From Endomicrobiales bacterium (GTDB lineage: Bacteria > Elusimicrobiota > Endomicrobiia > Endomicrobiales > JALOBY01): a stretch of 64,000 bases of DNA. The number at the start of each line of letters is the position of its first letter. The first letter of the stretch is position 1. Shown in pieces: positions 50,784-58,885 of this stretch. Made by a program: the position numbers and the translations under genes. The notes under the pieces were generated by a model. It did not search any database. It was given only the letters and a program-made list of their open reading frames with translations, and was not told the DNA's origin. Location: contig CAWCNJ010000008.1 of assembly GCA_963796955.1 (NCBI GenBank), forward strand, positions 480,001 through 544,000. Direction: 5' to 3'.

Positions 50784-51490
50784 GGATTTTGCGAAAGAAA
50801 GGCCATTACCTGTTTAATGTCGGACCAGGTATCTTTTTTCAAATTCGGATTTCTTAACAACGCCGCAGGATGGTACGTGGGCATCAGTTTAATGCCGCGG
50901 TACTCCAGGAACGTTCCGCGGAGCTTCGTTATTCCTTCGTCGATCTTTAGCAGATGATGCACCGCGGAATTGCCTAAGGCGCATATAACGGCCGGCTTGA
51001 TAATATCTATCTGTTTTTCCAGGTACGGCAGACAGGCCGCGACTTCTTCGGGTGATGGCGGACGGTCGTTGCCGCGCTGCTCTACGTTGGTAGGATCCGT
51101 TACCGGATGGCACTTGACCACATTGGCAATATAAACATCCTCACGTTTCAAACCCATAGCTTCTATGATCTTGTTAAGCAGCTGGCCGGCGCGGCCGACG
51201 AAAGGTTCTCCTTGTCTGTCTTCATCGTAACCGGGGCCCTCGCCGACGAACATAAGTTTTGCGTTCGGGTTCCCCGTACCGAAGACCAATTTAATGCGTG
51301 ACGTGCCGAGCGGGCATTTGTGACATTCAAGCATAGCCTCTTCCAACGCAGAAAGAGCTTCTTTTTTTGAGCTGAAAGCCTTTGATCCGGAAGTCGCCTC
51401 AAGGCACATCTCTACCTCGCCCCACAGGCCTTCCTCCGCGATCGCCCGTTTAGCAAGGTCAAAGATATCTTGTTTTTTAATGTATGGCAT
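50780..51490 (-). CDS. Uracil-DNA glycosylase family 4
   Basis: C..C.L, GEGPG.DED..GEPFVG, NVVKC, TYHPAA. Confidence 0.93.
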   Translation of the reverse strand: MPYIKKQDIFDLAKRAIAEEGLWGEVEMCLEATSGSKAFSSKKEALSALEEAMLECHKCPLGTSRIKLVFGTGNPNAKLMFVGEGPGYDEDRQGEPFVGRAGQLLNKIIEAMGLKREDVYIANVVKCHPVTDPTNVEQRGNDRPPSPEEVAACLPYLEKQIDIIKPAVICALGNSAVHHLLKIDEGITKLRGTFLEYRGIKLMPTYHPAALLRNPNLKKDTWSDIKQVMAFLSQNP

Positions 51491-52091
51491 CCAGTATCCT
51501 TTGGGCGATATACGCTTTGGTGCCGCGAACTTTTGAAGGTTTACCGCGGGGCCCGATGAGCAGGACCTCAGACGAATCCTTCCCGATGACACCGGGCTTA
51601 TTCGCGACTATAAGATCAAGGTTCTTTTCAAGAAGCTTCTTTTTTGCGGCAGCGATAAGATCGCTTGTTTCAAGGGCGAAACCTACCAGTACTTGTCCGG
51701 TCTTGCGTCTGCCCATTTCCTTCAATATATCGGGATTAGGGGTCAGCCGGATCACCGGAGCTGAGACAGATTTTTTTATCTTTACGCGGCTGAGCGCAAC
51801 AGGCCGCCAGTCGGCCACGGCAGCGGCGCCTATCAAAACATCGCACTGGGAAAAGTGTTTTTTAACCGCGTTGAACATATCCCGGGCCGAGATCACATTC
51901 ACTATCGTTACGCCTTTCGGCACGGGTTGAGGGACGGGCCCCGAAACGAGTATTACGTTCCAACCGCGGCCTGCGGCTTCTGCAGCGAGCGCGTATCCCA
52001 TTTTCCCGCTGGAAGCGTTGGATATATAACGGACGGGGTCAATATATTCACGGGTTGGCCCGGCCGTGATCAGGCACGTAAAACGCGGCAT
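51477..52091 (-). CDS. coaB: Phosphopantothenate--cysteine ligase (stand-alone CoaB)
   Basis: TAGPTREYIDPVRYISNASSGKMG, AAAVAD, GFALET. Confidence 0.93.
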   Translation of the reverse strand: MPRFTCLITAGPTREYIDPVRYISNASSGKMGYALAAEAAGRGWNVILVSGPVPQPVPKGVTIVNVISARDMFNAVKKHFSQCDVLIGAAAVADWRPVALSRVKIKKSVSAPVIRLTPNPDILKEMGRRKTGQVLVGFALETSDLIAAAKKKLLEKNLDLIVANKPGVIGKDSSEVLLIGPRGKPSKVRGTKAYIAQRILDAIH

Positions 52092-52094
52092 GAA

Positions 52095-52661
52095 TTAAAA
52101 CTGTACCTGCGGGTTCACCTTGGCTTTTTCTTCAGCCTTGTAGTACACATCCTTACGGCCGAAATTGAATATGCCGGCAATAATATTGCCGGGGAACCGG
52201 CGGGTAGCGATGTTATAGCCCTGCACCGTTTCGTTGTAACGATTGCGGGCCACCGCAATGCGGTTTTCAGTGCCGGCAAGTTCGTCCTGCAGCTGGCGAA
52301 AATTCGCATCGGCTTTAAGCTGCGGATAATTCTCGGCGATCGCCAAAAGCCGTGAGAGCGCGCCGTCCACCTGCTGGTTGGCCTTTATTTTTTCGTCCAC
52401 AGAACGGGCCCCTGCAAGCTGCGCCCGTGCGGCCGCCACATCTTCAAATATGCCCTTTTCATGCTTAGCGTACCCTTTGACCGTATTCACCAGGTTCGGG
52501 ATAAGATCGCCTCTGCGCTGCAGCTGGTTCTCTACTTCCGACCAGCGGCCGGTGATCTGTTCATTAAGGGTAACAAGATTGTTATACTGGCCCAGAATAA
52601 CACCGCCAGCCACCACCACTATCGCGATAAGCACGCCCAGCACGACTAACAGTTTTTTCAT
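52095..52661 (-). CDS. lemA: LemA family protein
   Basis: LQRR.DLIPNLV, ENYPQLKA, ENRIAVAR..YN. Confidence 0.95.
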   Translation of the reverse strand: MKKLLVVLGVLIAIVVVAGGVILGQYNNLVTLNEQITGRWSEVENQLQRRGDLIPNLVNTVKGYAKHEKGIFEDVAAARAQLAGARSVDEKIKANQQVDGALSRLLAIAENYPQLKADANFRQLQDELAGTENRIAVARNRYNETVQGYNIATRRFPGNIIAGIFNFGRKDVYYKAEEKAKVNPQVQF

Positions 52662-52672
52662 GATAAAACCCC

Positions 52673-53380
52673 TTATTCGAAGCTGTCTACAACCGTGATG
52701 ACTTTTTCTATGTCCGACAGATATTTGGCCAAAAGATCGCTCAGCTCTACCGCGTCAAGGTCTAACTGCCCTCTGCGGACTTTCATAGCCTGTTCGAAAG
52801 TATCAACGCTAATCCCAAACCGCACAGCAGCATGTTTTAGCGACTCCTGCTTATCGCCCGGGACCGGTTCCCCGACGATCTTCAGCGCGTAGCGAAATAG
52901 CACCATAAAAGAAGAAACGGAGCCTACCAAAAGAGAGCGGAGTCCCTGTTTATTCCCCAGTGCCATGAGATACGATTGGCGAAGCCGTAACAATTTGCTG
53001 CGCAGTTCATATTCGCACTCGTGCCGTAAATGCCAATCGCGTATTTCCATGCCCGCGAACGGGTCTTCTCCCACCAGCACCCGGTGATTATTTTTCATAT
53101 CCAGGAACTCTATCGGAAAAACGTCGGAGGAATTCCGGAATTCCTCTGTTGTGAATATCATCGGCGGATGGTTGCCGATCTTAACCCACTTTTCCATAAG
53201 AGCGCTGACGGCGTCCAGATAGCCTATGGACACCTTGTCCGTAATGATCAATATATTGTAATCGGCTCCCGCGCCTTCCGCTTCGTTACTGGCCCTGGAG
53301 CCGAACAGCACGACAGACTTCAAATTTGTGCCCGATACTTTATTAAGCCCCTCAATAAATTTTGTTAGAACTGATGCCAT
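52673..53380 (-). CDS. Pol-beta-like nucleotidyltransferase-fold protein with helical C-terminus
   Basis: LFGS...DYNILI, DVFPIEFLDM, GED. Confidence 0.8.
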   Translation of the reverse strand: MASVLTKFIEGLNKVSGTNLKSVVLFGSRASNEAEGAGADYNILIITDKVSIGYLDAVSALMEKWVKIGNHPPMIFTTEEFRNSSDVFPIEFLDMKNNHRVLVGEDPFAGMEIRDWHLRHECEYELRSKLLRLRQSYLMALGNKQGLRSLLVGSVSSFMVLFRYALKIVGEPVPGDKQESLKHAAVRFGISVDTFEQAMKVRRGQLDLDAVELSDLLAKYLSDIEKVITVVDSFE

Positions 53381-53439
53381 ATACGCCTCTTTTATTCAGT
53401 ATTTGCGTTTTCTAAACGCTATACGCTCAACGCTGCCGA

Positions 53440-54183
53440 TTACCAGCCGCGCGAAGATCCGCCCCCGCCACCGCCGCCGCCGCCGAACCCGCCGAACCCT
53501 CCACCGCCGCCGAAACCGCCCCCGAATCCGCCGCCCATATAGCCGCCCGGGCCGCCCCGTCCGCCGCGTTTACGGCTGAGCCGTGACAGGAGCGGCACAA
53601 AAACAAAGAAGAATACCAACAGGACGATCCTCAATATATTCTCGCTATCGTTCGGCTTTTGCATGTTTTTAGTATATTTTCCATCCAGAGTAACTTTAGC
53701 ATCCTGCGCTATCACCTGGGCGACAGCAAGCGTCCCCATCATGACACCCGAATTGTAATCATTCTGTTTGTAATACGGCACCACATATTCATCCATTATG
53801 CGACCGGCTTTGCCGTCCGGTATTATCCCTTCAAGACCGTAGCCTACTTCGATGCGCACTTTGTGATCGTTCACTGAGGTCAGGAACAAAATGCCGTTGT
53901 CCTTCCCTTTTTTTCCGGGTTTCCAGGCGGTGAACAGCCGGTTGGCATACCCTTCGACGGAGTCTCCGCCGAGATCTTTTACGGTGACCACGGCTATTTC
54001 TGCGGTAGTCTTCTGGTCTACTTCGGCGATCAGATCGGAAAGCTGTTGTTTAGTTTTTTCATCCAGTACACCCGCGAAGTCCGAAACGACACCGGCAGGT
54101 TGAGGCAGGTTTTCATCGGCGACAACAGCGGAGGGATACACACAGGAGAACAGAAAAAGGATCGCAACAAGTGATTTTTTCAT
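53440..54183 (-). CDS. TPM-domain membrane protein with Gly-rich tail
   Basis: Signal peptide, D.AGVL, EIAVVTV, DNGIL, RIEVGYGLEG, TM, GGFGG...GW. Confidence 0.93.
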   Translation of the reverse strand: MKKSLVAILFLFSCVYPSAVVADENLPQPAGVVSDFAGVLDEKTKQQLSDLIAEVDQKTTAEIAVVTVKDLGGDSVEGYANRLFTAWKPGKKGKDNGILFLTSVNDHKVRIEVGYGLEGIIPDGKAGRIMDEYVVPYYKQNDYNSGVMMGTLAVAQVIAQDAKVTLDGKYTKNMQKPNDSENILRIVLLVFFFVFVPLLSRLSRKRGGRGGPGGYMGGGFGGGFGGGGGFGGFGGGGGGGGGSSRGW

Positions 54184-54726
54184 TTAATAAGTTCAGTTGT
54201 TTTTGCCACGATCTCCGCCAGGTCAGCAAGACGGCCGGTGCCGACGCTGCCGCAGGCAAGCTCGCCATGAGCGGGAGCAACAAATTCATAACCGTACTCT
54301 TTAAGTTTTTTAAACATTAGCTACGGTCGCCGGATGGCCCCACATACGGTCATTCATGGCCGGACAGATCAACACCGGCGAGGCAGCCGCAAGAATGACG
54401 CTTGAAAGCAGATCGTCGGCCCTGCCTGAGGCCAGGCGCGCGATCAGATCTGCGGATGCAGGGGCGACGACTATAATGTCGGCTTTGTCGGAGAGAGATA
54501 TATGCTCAATATCCCAATCGATCGTATCGAACATTTCCTGGTAGACGGTGGAGCAGGAAACGGTTTGAAGGGTGAGGGCGGTAACGAAACGCGCGCCGTT
54601 CCGGGTCAGAACGCAGGTAACGCCGGCCTCCTCTTTTTTAAACAGCCGCACCAGGTCCGGAGCTTTGTACGCTGCTATGCTTCCGGTAACTCCCAGGACT
54701 ATGTTCTTGTTCTTAAGCGCGGGCAC
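54180..54726 (-). CDS. coaC: Phosphopantothenoylcysteine decarboxylase (stand-alone CoaC; frameshift near 54313)
   Basis: GSIAAYK, EHI, PAMN; removing one T restores NVKKLKEYG...GELACGSVGTGRLA with stop overlapping TPM ATG. Confidence 0.9.
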
Positions 54727-54729
54727 CGG

Positions 54730-55062
54730 TTAATCTTCCCTGGGCAGCTTTACATTGTGTTCTTTATGTTCGAACACATGATGGGGCATCGCGAACTCGT
54801 CGTTCACCGGCGGCGGAAGGTCTTTGACTTTTTTTACTTTTTCGGCGACTTCTTCCGGCGTTACTTCGCCGCTGGTAATATCTTCAAGCGCTAATTGAAT
54901 AAGTTCGGCCGCAGTAAGGCCTTTGCCCTCTTCGGAATGCTGCAAAACTTTCAGCCAGTCCTTCACCATCTGCACATACTTAAAACGGCCCTTTGACGAT
55001 TCCTGCAGTATTTTTTCCAATTGGGGCAGCTCTGTAGAGGCTGGAACGTTATTCTTGGTCAC
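54730..55062 (-). CDS. rpoZ: Probable divergent RNA polymerase omega subunit
   Basis: Between gmk and coaC; GRFKYV...ALEDITSGEV resembles omega. Confidence 0.55.
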   Translation of the reverse strand: MTKNNVPASTELPQLEKILQESSKGRFKYVQMVKDWLKVLQHSEEGKGLTAAELIQLALEDITSGEVTPEEVAEKVKKVKDLPPPVNDEFAMPHHVFEHKEHNVKLPRED

Positions 55063-55085
55063 GTGCGTCTCCTTTTATACAGCTT

Positions 55086-55688
55086 TTAAAAATTCAGGTC
55101 TTGTGCGGCCAGACGGCTTATACGGCGGTGTTCCGCGCGAACGATCGATATAAGGTCTGCTGACGCCTCTGCCAGATCGTCGTTGATTATCAGATAATCG
55201 TAGCGTTTAAGCGACTTAAGTTCTTTACAGGCATTCTTCACGCGTAACGCTATGACCTGCCCGGTATCCTTGCCGCGGGCTAACAACCTCTTTTTAAGCT
55301 CGGCGATAGAAGGGGCCATTATATATATCATCAATGCTTCGGGAAAAAGCTTCTTTATCGCCAGCCCCCCCTGCACATCAATGTCAAGGACAATATCCGT
55401 CCCGTTACGTATAGACGTAATAAGGTGTTTTTTCGGTGTGCCGTAATAATGCCCGTGCACCACAGCCCATTCAACGAACGCGTTCTGACTGATCATCCGT
55501 TTGAAGACGGCTTCCGATATGAAGAAATAGTCCCTGCCGTCAACTTCCCCCGCCCTGGGCGTCCGGGTGGTACACGACACGGAAAACCGTATGCCGGGCA
55601 GGGCTGCGAACAGCGCCGAGCACAACGTGGTCTTACCCGCGCCGGATGGCGCCGAAACAACGATGAACAACCCTTTTTTGACGGCCAT
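55086..55688 (-). CDS. gmk: Guanylate kinase
   Basis: APSGAGKT, TTR.PR.GEVDGRDY, YYGT, DIDVQG. Confidence 0.97.
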   Translation of the reverse strand: MAVKKGLFIVVSAPSGAGKTTLCSALFAALPGIRFSVSCTTRTPRAGEVDGRDYFFISEAVFKRMISQNAFVEWAVVHGHYYGTPKKHLITSIRNGTDIVLDIDVQGGLAIKKLFPEALMIYIMAPSIAELKKRLLARGKDTGQVIALRVKNACKELKSLKRYDYLIINDDLAEASADLISIVRAEHRRISRLAAQDLNF

Positions 55689-55735
55689 ATTCCCTAGTAT
55701 AATACCAAAATACGAGATATGATGCAAATACAGCA

Positions 55736-55765
55736 AAGGGCTGAAAGCCGTAGCTTTCAGCCCTT
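55736..55765 (-). terminator. Intrinsic terminator after ferritin-like gene
   Basis: AAGGGCTGAAAGC-TACG-GCTTTCAGCCCTT, 13-bp stem with UNCG loop. Confidence 0.75.
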
Positions 55766-55800
55766 CCCCCAGAAAGTTCCCCCATTGAAACTTGTCTGTA

Positions 55801-56241
55801 TTAAATACCCATCAGCAACGCAAGCTCCGAGACGTGCTCCTGCTCATCGATGATGATGTGCCGAATCTCATGCTCTATCGTTTCATAGACGTAGGGCAGA
55901 TCTTTTTTATTATCCGTCGCCTTTTGATATATCTGTTTGTAGAAATCAATTGCGTGTTTTTCCGAGCTCATGTTCGTGTCGAATATTTCTTTCCTTTCAC
56001 GGGCAGGTTTGGTAACGTCCATCGCCATTGAAGGCACGCCGCCCAGGTAATTCCCTACGAGGTTCCTGAACATATCTTCATGCTTTTTCTCATCACCAGC
56101 GATCTCTTTAAGGCGTTCCACTATCTTCTCGGCGTCAGGCCCTTTCACCATTTCAGCATGGCTTAAGTATTGCACCCGTGCCGCATGTTCAAGCTCAAGA
56201 CCTTTGTTAAGCATAGTTATTAATTCATCTTGTATTGCCAT
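55801..56241 (-). CDS. Ferritin-like di-iron protein
   Basis: E...QY, DEKKH, E..AI..Y, DEQEH. Confidence 0.85.
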   Translation of the reverse strand: MAIQDELITMLNKGLELEHAARVQYLSHAEMVKGPDAEKIVERLKEIAGDEKKHEDMFRNLVGNYLGGVPSMAMDVTKPARERKEIFDTNMSSEKHAIDFYKQIYQKATDNKKDLPYVYETIEHEIRHIIIDEQEHVSELALLMGI

Positions 56242-56369
56242 TGTAATGCTCCTTTAACGCTTGCTCTTATGGCAATATAGTACACAATCGCAGCGCCGGC
56301 TCCAATTGCTGTTTTATCCTTTTTGCTGTCTTTTTTCTACGTGTGAAAGGAAGGTTCGTCGGAAGGTTA

Positions 56370-56793
56370 TTATTTTTTTGATTTGCGGCCGGCCATGACG
56401 ACACCCAGCTGTTCTTCTATCTGCGCCATCTCTTCGCGTATCAGCTTGATCTGGTTAGACATCTGTGCGATATCTTCCCGCATGGGTTTAAGCTGTTCCG
56501 TTATCTGTCCCGCAATACCTTCGGTAACGTCTTTGCGTGCGGCGGTAAGGGTGTTCATGTCGTTTACCAGGCTGACATAACGGTTTTGGATAACCTCGAT
56601 CTTATAATTCAGGGCGGCGATAACACTGTTGATATCCGTTGTTTCAGCCTGCGGAACATTGACCTTTTCCGCGGCAGTAGAGACTTGCACGCTTGGCACG
56701 GTATCGGTGGAACCGCCGGCAGCGCCAAGCGGTGCGGGGGCGAGCCGCTGTCAAAGCGAAAATCAAAATTAGGATCGGATCTTTTCTGGCCAT
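56370..56793 (-). CDS. Exported coiled-coil protein (probable frameshift near 56745)
   Basis: Removing one G joins MARKDPILILIFALTA to LAPAPLGAAGGSTDTVPSV and ORF 56370-56699, restoring a signal peptide. Confidence 0.6.
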
Positions 56794-57680
56794 AATTTCG
56801 CGATATCCTTTGGCGGTCTGGCGGTGTATTCCACGCTTTTGCACGTTGTCGGATGCGTAAATTTTATGCGATACGCGTGCAACAACTGGCGCTTTATTAC
56901 CTCACCGCGCAGAACTATTTTCCCGCCGTAAACTGAATCACCCAGTACCGGGTGCCCGATGTAGGCAAGATGGCTGCGGATCTGGTGCGTGCGGCCGGTC
57001 TTCGGGTGCACTTCAAGCAGCGAATAATTTTTCGAGCTGAAGATAGTCGTAAATTCCGTGACAGCCTCTTTTTTCGCGATGCCGCTGACAGCGATCTTTT
57101 TCCTGTCTATCGGCGATCGGCCAAGGGGCGCCTCGATGTAGCCCAGTCTTTCCTGCACTTCTCCCGAAACTGCGGCCAGATAGGTTTTGCTGACCACCCG
57201 TTTTTCAAACTGTTTGGAGAGGCTGGTTTTAGCCCGGTCATTTTTAGCTATTACTATCACACCGGAGGTGTCTTTGTCAAGGCGGTGGGCGAGCAACGGC
57301 TTCCATTTTTTCCCCGCGTAACCGGCGAGGCCGTTCAGCAGTGTGCCGTCCTGGTGGCCGCACGCGGGATGCACAACAACGCCCGGCGCCTTGTTGACGA
57401 CCAGGATGTCGGCGTCCTCATGAATGATGTCCAGCTTCATTTTTTCAGCCGTTATACCGCTGACCGGGGCGACGATCTCAATAACGATCTCGTCATTTAC
57501 TTTAACACTGTCGCTGGGCTGCGCCACCATGCCGCGAGAAGTAACAAAACCTTCTTTTATCAGGCGGTGAAAAAAGCTGCGCGAATACCCCGCCACCTGT
57601 TCGGCAAGAAAGGTATCCAGACGTTCGGCCTTTTTATCGGCAATGAGCGTTATTATTGTCGAGTCTTTTGCTTTTTCCAT
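56769..57680 (-). CDS. RluA/RluD family pseudouridine synthase
   Basis: S4 domain, NKAPG.VVHP, HRLDKDTSG, TGRTHQIR. Confidence 0.95.
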   Translation of the reverse strand: MEKAKDSTIITLIADKKAERLDTFLAEQVAGYSRSFFHRLIKEGFVTSRGMVAQPSDSVKVNDEIVIEIVAPVSGITAEKMKLDIIHEDADILVVNKAPGVVVHPACGHQDGTLLNGLAGYAGKKWKPLLAHRLDKDTSGVIVIAKNDRAKTSLSKQFEKRVVSKTYLAAVSGEVQERLGYIEAPLGRSPIDRKKIAVSGIAKKEAVTEFTTIFSSKNYSLLEVHPKTGRTHQIRSHLAYIGHPVLGDSVYGGKIVLRGEVIKRQLLHAYRIKFTHPTTCKSVEYTARPPKDIAKLWPEKIRS

Positions 57681-58428
57681 GGTCTTTTAATCCTAGTATC
57701 AATGCTCCAGCTACCAGTGAGAACAACGCTACTACCTGGCTGGGCGAGAGGCCGAACCATACGCCTCCGCGATCGTCGCTTCTAAGGAACTCCATATTGA
57801 ACCTGAGCAGGGCGTACAATATAAGGTATGCGCCAAGCGCGAAACCTGTTTTGTGACGGTGCCTGTTGTAAAAATCCAGAAAGACGAATATGACAAGATT
57901 GCCGGCAGCTTCGTACAGTTGCACCGGATGAAGGGCAACGTTCAGCGGAGCAAGGGAGTGTGCATTCAAATAGGTTACCGCCCAGGGCAGGTTACAGCTT
58001 GAACCGTAACAACACCCCGCGAAAAAACAACCTATCCTTCCGAAAACATGCGCCAAAGCCAGCGCCGGGGCGATAATATCGCCGAAAACCCACACGTTGA
58101 TCTCGCGGTGTGCCCTTAAATAGAGTAACGCCGCTATTGTTCCCGCGATAAACCCGCCGTAAAAGACCAGACCGCCTTCCCATATCTTGAAAATAGCCGC
58201 AAGGTTCGCGCTGTAATAGGGCCAGTTCTGGGCGACGTACGCCAGGCGCGCACCAAGCAAACCCGCGACAATGATATACAGCCCAAGGTCCATTACATTA
58301 TCTTCGGAAATATTCTCGTGTTTTCCCTGAATAGCAATATAACGCAGCGCCGCGAACAGGCCCAGCGCGACAAGGACGCCGTAGGTCCTGATCGTAAATG
58401 GGCCGAGCTTAAGCAGTACGGGAAACAT
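57634..58428 (-). CDS. lgt: Prolipoprotein diacylglyceryl transferase
   Basis: GGLVFYGG, GRIGCFFAGCCYG, HPVQLYE. Confidence 0.95.
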   Translation of the reverse strand: MFPVLLKLGPFTIRTYGVLVALGLFAALRYIAIQGKHENISEDNVMDLGLYIIVAGLLGARLAYVAQNWPYYSANLAAIFKIWEGGLVFYGGFIAGTIAALLYLRAHREINVWVFGDIIAPALALAHVFGRIGCFFAGCCYGSSCNLPWAVTYLNAHSLAPLNVALHPVQLYEAAGNLVIFVFLDFYNRHRHKTGFALGAYLILYALLRFNMEFLRSDDRGGVWFGLSPSQVVALFSLVAGALILGLKDHGKSKRLDNNNAHCR

Positions 58429-58885
58429 GATCATCCTTTTCGAACAACGTCGCGATCACTAACAGCGTGCCGCCGATCGTAATATAGGAATCCGCCAGGT
58501 TGAAGGCGGGCCAGTGATAGCCGCGGACGTAAAAGTCCAGAAAATCCGTCACGGCTCCTAGCCACAGCCTGTCCATAAGATTTCCTATCGCGCCGGATAT
58601 TATCAGCACGAATGCCGCGTTGACCTGAACGCTGAGCGTGTGGCGTTTTTTTGCGAACCATATAACAAGAGCGACCGTTATAACACCCGTTATTACAGCC
58701 ATGACAACATTATTGTTCTGCAGCATGCTGAAGGCGATACCGGTGTTCCCCAGATGAACGATATTGAACCCCGGGAAAATGATCACACCGCTGCCCACTT
58801 CGAACAAGCTGCGTATACCCATTTTGGTAAGTTGATCGGCGGTGATAAGGGCGGTAATGATCAGGGCTACAGCGCGGCTCTTCAT
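58409..58885 (-). CDS. lspA: Signal peptidase II
   Basis: DQLTK, NTGIAFS, GNLMDR, VTDF, FNLAD. Confidence 0.95.
   Translation of the reverse strand: MKSRAVALIITALITADQLTKMGIRSLFEVGSGVIIFPGFNIVHLGNTGIAFSMLQNNNVVMAVITGVITVALVIWFAKKRHTLSVQVNAAFVLIISGAIGNLMDRLWLGAVTDFLDFYVRGYHWPAFNLADSYITIGGTLLVIATLFEKDDHVSRTA

Noticed and set aside
53460..53570. CCG-rich simple repeat
   Set aside because: Encodes the Gly-rich tail typical of TPM proteins
56952..57785. 277-aa ORF on +
   Set aside because: Antisense shadow of the pseudouridine synthase and lgt
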